The notes: a model not told the origin generated them from the letters alone. A stretch of DNA of 64,000 bases from Spirochaetia bacterium (GCA_963662795.1 OY759746.1:928001-992000), one strand, 5' to 3'. Shown: positions 1 to 8,972, counted from the stretch's first letter. Program-made: numbers and translations.

Positions 1-1
1 A

Positions 2-169
2 AAAGCTTCAGGGATAAGTCCTTTGGACCTTGTAACAGCTGTGGCATCCCCTTCCGGAACTACAATCGAAGGGCTCAGAATTCTTGAGGGCAGCGGTTTT
101 AACGCGTCAGTTATGGATGCTGTTTACGCCTCATACAGAAGAGCGGCTGAAATCGAAGAGACTTACTAA
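2..169 (+). CDS. proC: pyrroline-5-carboxylate reductase, C-terminal fragment (5' end outside window)
   Basis: Manual frame-2 translation KASGISPLDLVTAVASPSGTTIEGLRILEGSGFNASVMDAVYASYRRAAEIEETY*; the V-x-SP-x-GTT-x-x-GL-x-x-LE motif is typical of the ProC dimerisation domain. Confidence 0.85.
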   Translation, partial: KASGISPLDLVTAVASPSGTTIEGLRILEGSGFNASVMDAVYASYRRAAEIEETY

Positions 170-177
170 ATTTTAAG

Positions 178-939
178 TCAGGCAGGATCTGGATGTTCCT
201 GCCAGTATTTCTTTACATCATGAATAAGCGCGTCCATGTGCTTTATCAGGCTCTTTTCAGCTTTTCTGCTGTCATGCTCACAGAGAGCTTCATATATCTC
301 ACGGTGATTTCTCAAATAGCTGCCGGAAGCTTTTTTCCTCATATACTCAAACAGCTCAGACTGCTGCCCAAGCCGTGAAATAATCAGATATATCTGTGAG
401 AGGATTTCATTTCTTGAGGCTGATGCAATAAGTGAATGAAACTCGATATCAAGAGAGGAGATACTTTCCTCTTTTTTTATATGTGCTTCCCGCACTTCAA
501 GAAGTTCCTTAAGCCTTGAAAGCTCTTCCTCAGTAATATTTTTTGCCGCAAGTTTCACAGTGGCTGATTCAATAATTCTCCTTGTTTCAAGAATCATTAT
601 AAAGGTTTTAAGAGTTTTTGAGCCAAGCATATTATCCAGTTCACTGCGGAGATTATTAACATGATTTCTTTCAAGGGCTTCACGCATCGCATTTTTTCCG
701 CTTGGAGTAATGATTCTTCCCTTATTTCTATCCTTTGTAAGATATCCCTTCCACTCAAGACTATTCAGTATTCGCCCGATACTTGCCTGGCTGATATTTA
801 TTCCCTGATCTTCAATAATTTCAGTGAGGTTGCCTGAACCTATAGGGCTGTCAAGATTCTGAAGTATCTGTAATATTAAAATCTCTTTTTCCCCGGTTAT
901 GCCTTTTCTGTTTGAAGACCGGGAAATTTTACGTGTCAT
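178..939 (-). CDS. FCD-domain (FadR/GntR-like) transcriptional regulator with an HrcA/NrpR-like N-terminal winged helix
   Basis: N-terminal ISQASIGRILNSLEWKGYL wHTH; C-terminal FCD motifs ETRRIIES, DIEFHSLIASASRN, HREIYEAL; ATGA overlap with the upstream aldolase gene. Confidence 0.85.
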   Translation of the reverse strand: MTRKISRSSNRKGITGEKEILILQILQNLDSPIGSGNLTEIIEDQGINISQASIGRILNSLEWKGYLTKDRNKGRIITPSGKNAMREALERNHVNNLRSELDNMLGSKTLKTFIMILETRRIIESATVKLAAKNITEEELSRLKELLEVREAHIKKEESISSLDIEFHSLIASASRNEILSQIYLIISRLGQQSELFEYMRKKASGSYLRNHREIYEALCEHDSRKAEKSLIKHMDALIHDVKKYWQEHPDPA

Positions 940-1619
940 GCATTACTCTTATTGTCATATTTTTTTGTATAATATACCCATTCACTTGTGGGTTTGTGTA
1001 TTTTAAGGTCATCCTGCCTAAGCGGTTCCGGCGTTCCTTTCATCGACGCGTACAGCATGATCCTGGCGTTTGTCTCAAGGGCAAAAGCGTTGACCGCCGC
1101 TTCTTCTACAGTTGCCCCGACAGTGACAATACCATGTCCCCGGAGCATCAGGCCTTTGCGGTCCTGAATTGCATCAGCTGTCGATTTTCCTTTTTCTTCT
1201 GTATCAATCTGCCCTGCATAATCAAGAACGGGGACATCCGGAAAAAACTGCGCCGCCCTGTAATATACAGGGAACATCGGTTTTCTGTCAATGCTGCATG
1301 CTATACAGTATTCCGGATGACCATGGACTATAGCCATTACATCAGGTCTTGCTTTATAAATTTCCGTATGGATAAAAAGCTCGCCCGGGGGCTCATACTT
1401 TCCTTCTATTGTTTTTCCTGATTTATCCATTAGAATAATATCATCTTCAGTAATCTGATCAAGAGTTTTATGTTCCTTATGCGCATGCCCCAGTATTACG
1501 ATGTTTCCGGATTCCTTGTCCCTGAAGCTGACGTGACCAACCATCAAGGTCAGTATTCCGCCCCCGGAGAGTGTCCGCACAGCCTGTGCAATTTCTTTTT
1601 TCTTTTCAAGTAGATTCAT
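936..1619 (-). CDS. class II aldolase/adducin family metalloenzyme (possibly a decarboxylase)
   Basis: GHVSFR, PPGELFIHTEIYKARPDV-x-AIVHGHP and LRGHG motifs; ATG at 1619 follows an AAGGA RBS (ORF track extends to 1637). Confidence 0.85.
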   Translation of the reverse strand: MNLLEKKKEIAQAVRTLSGGGILTLMVGHVSFRDKESGNIVILGHAHKEHKTLDQITEDDIILMDKSGKTIEGKYEPPGELFIHTEIYKARPDVMAIVHGHPEYCIACSIDRKPMFPVYYRAAQFFPDVPVLDYAGQIDTEEKGKSTADAIQDRKGLMLRGHGIVTVGATVEEAAVNAFALETNARIMLYASMKGTPEPLRQDDLKIHKPTSEWVYYTKKYDNKSNA

Positions 1620-1645
1620 TGTATTTATTCCTTTCACTTACAAAA

Positions 1646-3142
1646 TTATCCTATCTTGTGAATAATATTTTTACCCTTTTTTTTAACAAATACCGGAATA
1701 AAAATAACAAGCAAAATAAGACATATAATTACAAGATTGATATATCCGGTAATAAAAGTCGTATATGAGCCGTCAGAGATCATTATCGCACGCATAAAAT
1801 TCTTCTCTGCCAGCGGGCCCAGAATAACAGCCATTAAAAGAGGAATAATCGGATAACTTAATCTTCTCATGGCATAGGCAACCAATCCTATTAAAACGGC
1901 AGCTACAACCTCGGCAGGGTTATTGTGAAGGGCAAATGCGCCTGTGGCGGCAAAAAGCCAAATGAGCGGAATAAGAGTGTTGATCGGTACCAGGGTAATT
2001 TTAGCAAAAAATCCGGCTAGACTTAATCCCGCAATCCAGAAAGAAACCTGCGCAAGTATCAATGCAATAAACAGAATACCGACAAGAGATGGATTATTCA
2101 TAAACAGATCTTTGCCGGGGGAAATCCCGTACATCATCAGCCCTGCAAGAAAAACAGCGGAATCAGAGTTCCCGGGTATTCCAAGCGTCAACGCCGGAAT
2201 AAGCGCCCCACCCTGTACTGCGTTGTTTGCTGTCTCGGCTGCTACAAGCCCCTCAGCTGAACCATTGTTGAAAAGTTCAGGATATTTTGCCGACCTTTCA
2301 GCCTCACCATAGGCTACAACCGATGCCGCACTTGTACCAATACCGGGAGCAAATCCAAACAGTGTGCCGATTGCAGCTGATTTTATTAAGTGTCTCCAGT
2401 TTTTAAAAGTTAAAACAATCCCTTCCATATATGAACCGCTGATATCATTTACCTTGCTGATAGAGCAGGAGGTTTCCGATAAAAATGCGAAAACCTGGGC
2501 AACAGCAAAAAGTCCGATAACTACGACCAGAAAAGGGATACCATCCGTCAGATAGTCAATTCCGAATGTATACCTGATTTCCCCCGATATTATGTCATAC
2601 CCTACAAAACTGATCATTAGACCTAAACCGGCGGCAATAATTCCTTTTACTGTTGAGCCCTTGATAGTGGCAGAGATCATCACAAGACCGAATACTGTAA
2701 GCATAAAATATTCAGAAGGCCCGAACTTCATTGCAAAAGCTGCCAGAGGGGGGGCAAAAATAATCAGACAGAGTACTCCGGCAATACCCCCGATCATCGA
2801 AGATGTGGCGCACATTGCAAGAGCGGCTTTTGCCTTACCTGCACGGGCCATGGGAAAACCTTCAATCGCGGTAACAACATTTGCACCTGTTCCGGGAGTA
2901 TTTATCAGTACCGAGCTTATTGAACCTCCATATACTGCGGCAGCCCATGCAGCGACAAGAGTAATCAATCCCTGTTCCTTGGGGAAAAAAAACGTTACAG
3001 GAATCAGCAGCGCCATGGTAAGACTTGCTCCAATTCCAGGGAGAATTCCCGCGGTAATGCCGATTATTGTTCCGGTAAAAAACCAGATAATATTAATCGG
3101 AGTTAAAATTGTAAGAAGTGAATCAAATAGAATCTCAATCAT
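1646..3142 (-). CDS. tctA: tripartite tricarboxylate transporter large permease TctA
   Basis: GILPGIG, YGGSISSVLINTPGT, ETANNA and PALTLGIPG motifs; about 12 hydrophobic segments. Confidence 0.93.
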   Translation of the reverse strand: MIEILFDSLLTILTPINIIWFFTGTIIGITAGILPGIGASLTMALLIPVTFFFPKEQGLITLVAAWAAAVYGGSISSVLINTPGTGANVVTAIEGFPMARAGKAKAALAMCATSSMIGGIAGVLCLIIFAPPLAAFAMKFGPSEYFMLTVFGLVMISATIKGSTVKGIIAAGLGLMISFVGYDIISGEIRYTFGIDYLTDGIPFLVVVIGLFAVAQVFAFLSETSCSISKVNDISGSYMEGIVLTFKNWRHLIKSAAIGTLFGFAPGIGTSAASVVAYGEAERSAKYPELFNNGSAEGLVAAETANNAVQGGALIPALTLGIPGNSDSAVFLAGLMMYGISPGKDLFMNNPSLVGILFIALILAQVSFWIAGLSLAGFFAKITLVPINTLIPLIWLFAATGAFALHNNPAEVVAAVLIGLVAYAMRRLSYPIIPLLMAVILGPLAEKNFMRAIMISDGSYTTFITGYINLVIICLILLVIFIPVFVKKKGKNIIHKIG

Positions 3143-3154
3143 TTTAGTACTCCT

Positions 3155-3643
3155 TTATAACAGATTCTGAAGGATTCCGGCAGGAAGCGGCACTCCGAGG
3201 AAAGTACCGAATACCCAGTATAGCCCCAATGTCAGAAGAACAGCAGATATAATCAATGCTCTCTTGTTTTTAGCACCCAGGAAATAACCCATTCCGACAG
3301 TTACAATGATTGAGGATATTATAAAACCTGCGATATGCCACAATACAACTGTCATGACCATGAAGGTTAAAGTGATCATGATTTCTTTAACCGGAATTTT
3401 TGACCTCTCTTTTGCAGTATTATCAGATACTCCTGATGTCATTCTATTTTTTCTTTCTGCCGCAGCCATTACCAGGCAGTCAATTAAAATAAAAACAAGG
3501 GTAACTGATCCTATCAAAAGAGGCAGTCTTGCAGCCCGCTCGCTCAAATTAAAAGAATTTAAAAAAATCAGAATCACAAACCCGGCAATAAACATGTCAA
3601 AATAGAATGCACCTGCCTTTTTACCGAAAATTTTATTTGTCAT
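3155..3643 (-). CDS. tctB: tripartite tricarboxylate transporter small subunit TctB
   Basis: 4-5 TM segments, C-terminal VFGTFLGVPLPAG; lies between tctC and tctA. Confidence 0.88.
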   Translation of the reverse strand: MTNKIFGKKAGAFYFDMFIAGFVILIFLNSFNLSERAARLPLLIGSVTLVFILIDCLVMAAAERKNRMTSGVSDNTAKERSKIPVKEIMITLTFMVMTVVLWHIAGFIISSIIVTVGMGYFLGAKNKRALIISAVLLTLGLYWVFGTFLGVPLPAGILQNLL

Positions 3644-3673
3644 CTATACTCCTTTGCTGTAATGGTAAAGGGA

Positions 3674-3703
3674 CGGGTATGGACTTATTAAGATCCATAC
3701 CCG
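3674..3703 (-). other. intercistronic stem-loop after tctC (mRNA stabiliser or partial terminator)
   Basis: CGGGTATGGA-N10-TCCATACCCG, a perfect 10-bp stem between the binding-protein and membrane genes. Confidence 0.6.
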
Positions 3704-3714
3704 CGCAAAACAAC

Positions 3715-4755
3715 CTATTTAGCGGTTTTTAACAGGTCAAGAACTGAATTGATGCTGTCATAATCTTCCATGGTTGTGCTTAAGAACTCTTCCGAGCTTA
3801 AAGGCTCAACAAGAATGGAGGTTCTCTCCGCCCATGCCAGAAATTCCTTGTCCTGGCATGCCTTAAGAATAACCTTTTCGTATTTTTTCTGAATTTCTTT
3901 CGGTGTCCCTGGAGGAGCCCATGCTCCGACTCCGTAGGGAATTACAACACCTTTATAGCCGAGTTCAAGCATGGTAGGTGTATCAGGAAGCATTCTGCTC
4001 CTTTTCGGGCCGTGTATAGCTACAGTTTTAACATCACCCTGTTTTTCATATCTTGCAGAACTTGACACAGGCATGAGACCGAAATCGACATGTCCACCGA
4101 TTACTGCATTGGCAACTTCAGCAGTACTGTCAAAGGGGATAAAATCAGCATTCATTTTTACTTTTTCCCTTAAAAATACAGCCTGCAACTGAGAGGTTGA
4201 ACCAAGTCCGCCCCCTCCGGCCGCTTTAAGTTTCTTTGTTTTGCCTGCTTCCATAAGATCATTAAAACTCTTATAAGGCGATTTTGATGAGACAAGCACA
4301 GTCCGGTAATCTCCTCCAAGCCAAGCACCGAGGTGGACAAATTCCTTCATTGAATATTTTGATTCAGGATAAAGAAGCTCTCCTATCAGCCGTGATGGAA
4401 ACGCTGATACAACTATTGTGTATCCGTCTGGAGCGGCCGCAAATGCTTCCTGCATTGCTCTTCTGCCGCCCTGTCCTTCAAGGTTTTCAGGAACAACAGG
4501 AATACCGAACTCTTTTTCAAAATAAGGGGCCATTGCTCTGGCCGGTAAATCAACGCTTCCGCCTACACCATGTGTAATTATAAGCCGGATTCTTTTCCCG
4601 CTTTCGGGCCACTGCATTTCAGCAGGAGCAGCAGAAGCAGTTTTTGCGTCTCCTGCAGCCGGACCCTCTTTCTTACCGCCTGCTGAAACAGGCAGACAGA
4701 TTACAACAGCAAGTAATAGTGCTGCTAAAATCAGGACAACTGACTTTTTTTTCAT
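3715..4755 (-). CDS. tctC: tripartite tricarboxylate transporter substrate-binding protein (TctC/Bug family)
   Basis: Signal peptide, GGSVDLPAR, ENLEGQGG, APDGYT, LPDTPTMLELGY and APPGTP motifs. Confidence 0.9.
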   Translation of the reverse strand: MKKKSVVLILAALLLAVVICLPVSAGGKKEGPAAGDAKTASAAPAEMQWPESGKRIRLIITHGVGGSVDLPARAMAPYFEKEFGIPVVPENLEGQGGRRAMQEAFAAAPDGYTIVVSAFPSRLIGELLYPESKYSMKEFVHLGAWLGGDYRTVLVSSKSPYKSFNDLMEAGKTKKLKAAGGGGLGSTSQLQAVFLREKVKMNADFIPFDSTAEVANAVIGGHVDFGLMPVSSSARYEKQGDVKTVAIHGPKRSRMLPDTPTMLELGYKGVVIPYGVGAWAPPGTPKEIQKKYEKVILKACQDKEFLAWAERTSILVEPLSSEEFLSTTMEDYDSINSVLDLLKTAK

Positions 4756-4817
4756 AAATGAACTCCTTGTTTAACAAAAATAGACCGCAACGCGGTTTAA
4801 GATAAATATACTTAGTA

Positions 4818-5858
4818 TCAATTCCATTGCGCCATCGGAACAGTAAGCAACGGAGGATCAGGAAGATGCTTAAGAGCAATTCCCCTGATTTTTTCAACTT
4901 CCTCATATCTGTTTTCTTCCATCAGCAAATCAAGATCCATTATTACTTTCTTTATTGTATCCGCATCACGGTAGGCAATCTTGCAGACCTGAACACCGGA
5001 AGCTCCGGCCATTATTGCCTCGAGAACGTCTTCTCCGGTTTCAATCCCGCCTGAACATACAAGAGGAATATCTGTCTGTTTTGCAAGATATGCCGTATGA
5101 AGAATTGTGCTGGGCTTTACTGTACCAGTGACCATCGGAGAAATCGGCATCTTTTTTTCGATCATCACTCTCAGGTTTCCCGGTAGAAGCGGTTCTCCTG
5201 TCGCAACATTAATTTTAAGATTGGGAAGTCTCCCCCCGACAAAACTGATGGCATCAGGTTTTGCTTTTGAAACTATCGCTGTAAAAAACTGGCGGTTTAA
5301 GAGTTTCTCAAGCGGGAGTTTTGCCCACACAGGAATTCTAAGTACCTTTTTCATTCCTGTTATGAGTTCAATTGCCCTTTCTGATTCTGATGACCACCAT
5401 TTACCAACCTGGGCATAATCTTCCCCCAGATGAGGCCCTGAAGAAGGACAGACCATATTAAGCTCTACAGCATCCGCTCCTGCTTCTTCATATTTTTTTG
5501 CTATTACAATCATCTCTTCCATTGTGTTGGCAGTAAAGCTTCCAATGATTTTGGAATTCTGCTTCCTTGAAAGCTCCTTCATCTCTGAAACAGCAATTGC
5601 CATTTTGTCAATTCCGGGATTTTTCAGCGCCTCAGCTCCGCTCAGGAGTTTCTTTTCTTTGGGATCATACCAGAACACAGTAGGCTTTGGAGCGCCCGGA
5701 AGCGCTTTGGTAGTTACTGTTTTAGTTACAATTGCTCCATATCCGCGGATGAGATGCTGCTCAATACCTTTCGCTGTACTTGTGTATCCGGCAGAGGCAA
5801 GGATTAAAGGATTTTTCAACACAAGTCCGCCGAAATTTATATTCATGTTTCCCATCAT
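4818..5858 (-). CDS. dihydroorotate dehydrogenase / dihydropyrimidine dehydrogenase-like FMN oxidoreductase (divergent)
   Basis: LKNPLILASA, KTVT, ELNMVCP, PVWAKL, SGGIETGED and MAGASGVQV motifs of the DHOD TIM-barrel family; no C-terminal ferredoxin domain. Confidence 0.8.
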   Translation of the reverse strand: MMGNMNINFGGLVLKNPLILASAGYTSTAKGIEQHLIRGYGAIVTKTVTTKALPGAPKPTVFWYDPKEKKLLSGAEALKNPGIDKMAIAVSEMKELSRKQNSKIIGSFTANTMEEMIVIAKKYEEAGADAVELNMVCPSSGPHLGEDYAQVGKWWSSESERAIELITGMKKVLRIPVWAKLPLEKLLNRQFFTAIVSKAKPDAISFVGGRLPNLKINVATGEPLLPGNLRVMIEKKMPISPMVTGTVKPSTILHTAYLAKQTDIPLVCSGGIETGEDVLEAIMAGASGVQVCKIAYRDADTIKKVIMDLDLLMEENRYEEVEKIRGIALKHLPDPPLLTVPMAQWN

Positions 5859-5861
5859 TTC

Positions 5862-7253
5862 CTACCTTGATGCCGGTACAAACACGCCGTACCCCGGCTT
5901 TCCGATAACTTTTTCATCTTTCATTACAACAGTTCCCCTGACAACAGTATGAACCGGAACACCTTTCACTTTTCTCCCCTCAAACGGACTGTACCCCGCA
6001 CGGCTGTATGCATCATCCTTTGTAAGTATTTTTTCCCTGTTTAGGTCAACAATTGCAAAATCAGCATCTGCTCCAGGCTGGATAACACCTTTTCTCGGCC
6101 AGAAGCCGAACCTCTTTGCCGGAATTTCCGAACCCAGCTCTACAATTCTTTCAAGGGTGATCTTTCCCTCATTATAGGCATTAAGAAAAAGAGCAAGATA
6201 ATCCTGTACATAGGGAGCTCCGCCATGCGCTTTCCACATATCTTTCCAGCCCACCTCTTTCTCATCTATATGATGCGGCGCATGGTCTGTGCCCCAGAAT
6301 GCGGGGAAGGGAAGTTCTTTACTCTGAACAACATCCCAGAGAGCTTTCTGGTCTTTTGGAGGAGTCAGGGTTCCAAGAACATAAGGACCCCGTTTTTTAA
6401 CATCATCCATTGTTATAAAAAAATGAGGCGGATTCATTTCGCAGGAAAGGTCTACACCGTCATTGTAATACCACTCAGCCATTTTTGTTCCCAGATAAGT
6501 ATTTAAATGGAGGAGATTAAGTTTTACCTTAGAAGCGCGCGCCATTATAAAAAGGGTGGCAAAGGCTGTATCATATACAATCGAATCAGCATAGCGGAGT
6601 GCATTAACATAATCTTCCGGCCCGGTGAGCCCTTTTTCCCAGAAATACCTTTTTTCAATCCATTCAAAAAGTTCCTGATTGTGAGGATGTACAGCGCATA
6701 TCGCATTATTTCTTTCGCAGGCCTGAAATATTTCATACAGGTGGCCATAGCTGAGTATTCCAAGTTCAGGCATATGGGGATAGCTTCTTTTTGTGTCATT
6801 CATCATAAAAACCTTTATCCCAATGACTCCCTCACCCATTATTTTATCGACTTCCCTTAAATCAGCGGGAGGACCGATCCAGTGATTAAAATCAATCAGT
6901 GATTTGGTCGCGGCAAGAGCTTTATGCTCTACCGTTCTTTCCCAGGAATTAGTGGAAGGTTTTACATTCGGCATATCAACAGCAAGGGTTACTCCCCCTG
7001 CCGCCGCCGCCTGAGTTGCGGAAGTAATATCCTCTTTATGGGTAAATCCCGGTTCTCTCATGTGTACATGGGTATCTATAAGGCCAGGCAGAACATGCAG
7101 GCCAGATGCATCGATAACAGAATCCGCCTGAATGTCTTCCGCTGAATTAAGTATCGCCTCAACCTTTCCTCCGGTTACTCCTATGTGAACCTTTATAAAA
7201 TCGCCATTGGTATAGACCATACCGTTTTTCACAAGCAGGTCGTAATTCTTCAT
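5862..7253 (-). CDS. dihydroorotase/allantoinase-family cyclic amidohydrolase
   Basis: PGLIDTHVHMREPG, AAAAGGVT-x-x-DMPN, GIKVFM, TDHAPH, GADAD and YSPFEG motifs. Confidence 0.9.
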   Translation of the reverse strand: MKNYDLLVKNGMVYTNGDFIKVHIGVTGGKVEAILNSAEDIQADSVIDASGLHVLPGLIDTHVHMREPGFTHKEDITSATQAAAAGGVTLAVDMPNVKPSTNSWERTVEHKALAATKSLIDFNHWIGPPADLREVDKIMGEGVIGIKVFMMNDTKRSYPHMPELGILSYGHLYEIFQACERNNAICAVHPHNQELFEWIEKRYFWEKGLTGPEDYVNALRYADSIVYDTAFATLFIMARASKVKLNLLHLNTYLGTKMAEWYYNDGVDLSCEMNPPHFFITMDDVKKRGPYVLGTLTPPKDQKALWDVVQSKELPFPAFWGTDHAPHHIDEKEVGWKDMWKAHGGAPYVQDYLALFLNAYNEGKITLERIVELGSEIPAKRFGFWPRKGVIQPGADADFAIVDLNREKILTKDDAYSRAGYSPFEGRKVKGVPVHTVVRGTVVMKDEKVIGKPGYGVFVPASR

Positions 7254-7284
7254 AATAAAGTACTCCTTGAATAATTATTGTAGT

Positions 7285-7323
7285 TTCTTTATCACTACTC
7301 ATCTTATGAGTAGTGATAAAGAA
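7285..7323. promoter_or_regulatory. perfect 18-bp inverted repeat, putative repressor operator
   Basis: TTCTTTATCACTACTCAT-CTT-ATGAGTAGTGATAAAGAA, immediately downstream of the -10 box of the catabolic operon. Confidence 0.75.
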
Positions 7324-7351
7324 TGATAAAACAGGATATCACGTCTGTCAA
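7323..7351 (-). promoter_or_regulatory. sigma70-type promoter of the amidohydrolase operon
   Basis: Minus strand TTGACA (7351-7346), 17-nt spacer, TATCAT (7328-7323); AAGGAG RBS before the ATG at 7253. Confidence 0.75.
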
Positions 7352-7367
7352 GTTTTTTTTTAGGCTT

Positions 7368-8372
7368 TCAATGCGGAAGTGAAGAGAAAAAGATCAAAAA
7401 TACCGGAAGGAGCAGAACATACAATATATAGGTAACCAGAAGAACGTAGGCTGTCAAATCTTCATTAATGCCTGCGTCCATTGCCATTGTCGACAGGTTG
7501 TTCGCCGGCGGGATATGGAATTCAAGAAACAGGACAAAGATAATAGTTTTATCCAGATTGATGTGGCTCAGTACAAGAAAATATAAAAGATAAAAAATGG
7601 CAGGCATTATTAAATAATGAACAGCTGCTACTCCTGCGAGCACCAGGTTCATCTGTTTCTTGACTGATGAGTGAAGCCTAATGCCTGCAATCATTGCCCC
7701 CAGGTTTACAAGGATAAGGGGCGTAAGCACAGAACCGAGTCTCTCAAGAGCTTTATAGATATAGACAACCGGCAAAGCCGGATCAAAGACAAAATTCTGA
7801 AGATTTAAAAGAGGTATCAAAAGTCCCGCCATAATACCGTATAACGAAGGAGACAGGAGTTCCTTAAATGAAAATTTCACATTGCTGCGGGCTATCAGAA
7901 AGTTGCCGAACGACCACAGAAGCGGGCTGTAGATAAAAAGATAAACACCTATAAAGACTATTGCTTTTTCGAAATTATAGACAGAAGCAATCAAAGGCAT
8001 TGTAAGAGGCAGTATTTCAAGCAGGGAAAGAGGAATATATCCGGCATTGCCGAATGAGCTTAACGCAAGAGCGGCCCTTTTTTCCTTTAAGGGAAGAGAT
8101 ATAAACCTGAATATGATAGATGCAAACAATATTGATATAGCTGGAACTGCTATTGCAGCAATAGGCATGAAAAGAGAGCCTTTCAGAAAAGTGATATCAG
8201 CTTTTCCCATGTTTGCAAAAAAATAAACAGGAAGGGCAACCTTAACAAGAAAACCGCTCAGGGATTTCTGGAAATTCCCGTTTACTAGGCCGGTACGCCT
8301 GATTATAAATCCAAGGCCGATAAGGACAATAAACTGTATAGAGGTGTAAAAACCGGGGATAAGATACTGCAA
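7368..8372 (-). CDS. AEC (auxin efflux carrier / malate permease) family transporter
   Basis: About 10 TM segments; VALP, FGNAGYIPL, SPSLYG and PPA crossover motifs. Confidence 0.85.
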   Translation of the reverse strand: MQYLIPGFYTSIQFIVLIGLGFIIRRTGLVNGNFQKSLSGFLVKVALPVYFFANMGKADITFLKGSLFMPIAAIAVPAISILFASIIFRFISLPLKEKRAALALSSFGNAGYIPLSLLEILPLTMPLIASVYNFEKAIVFIGVYLFIYSPLLWSFGNFLIARSNVKFSFKELLSPSLYGIMAGLLIPLLNLQNFVFDPALPVVYIYKALERLGSVLTPLILVNLGAMIAGIRLHSSVKKQMNLVLAGVAAVHYLIMPAIFYLLYFLVLSHINLDKTIIFVLFLEFHIPPANNLSTMAMDAGINEDLTAYVLLVTYILYVLLLPVFLIFFSSLPH

Positions 8373-8384
8373 TGCCGGTTCCGC

Positions 8385-8972
8385 CTATTCCTTAATCACT
8401 TCAAGGGCTGCAAGCGGATTATGGTGATGCATCCTGTCTTTTACGGCAAAAACCGTAAATGGTTTTTCCAGATATTTATGAAAAAGGATATCATGGCCCA
8501 GGCATAGTCCCATCTCAATAACAAGGTCTGCGCTGCCGCTGTTAAGATCAAGGGCCTGTCCGATTGGATTGCAGTTTACTCCTCCTTTGAGAGAAGGGCT
8601 TATATCTGATTCCTTTATTCCGTTTATTGTGCACCTGCAGGAGGATACGGCAAGTGAGTTTTCTTCAAGAATGTCTTTTAATTTTACCGCTTCCTTCTCC
8701 ATGGAATAACAGTATGCAAGGGCGACTTCAGCATACCCCTGTGCCCTGCAGAATTCTATAATCTCTTCAAGCCTTGAAAGAGTGCCTGCCCTGCCGCCTG
8801 AGACAAGGCTGTCCGCGTTCTCATATAATTTTACAGTTCCGGGAGCCTCATATTCACTCAGAACAGGGCCCCTGCCCCGGTTGCAGTCCGCTCCCGATTT
8901 TTTACATGCTTTAGAATTACAGCTCAAACAATCCATGGGAATCAGTTTCCAATATATACCGATTTTTATCAA
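8385..8972 (-). CDS. DUF1847 family Cys-rich putative metal-binding protein
   Basis: RLEEIIEF, ALAYC, CNPIGQA, GLCLGHD, VKDR and HNPL motifs; TTG start with AGGAGG RBS. Confidence 0.85.
   Translation of the reverse strand: MIKIGIYWKLIPMDCLSCNSKACKKSGADCNRGRGPVLSEYEAPGTVKLYENADSLVSGGRAGTLSRLEEIIEFCRAQGYAEVALAYCYSMEKEAVKLKDILEENSLAVSSCRCTINGIKESDISPSLKGGVNCNPIGQALDLNSGSADLVIEMGLCLGHDILFHKYLEKPFTVFAVKDRMHHHNPLAALEVIKE

Noticed and set aside
4818-7253. Labelling these genes pyrD/pyrC (pyrimidine biosynthesis) or preA/hydA
   Set aside because: Catabolic context, altered substrate-binding motifs and absence of pyrK/preT; no symbol assigned
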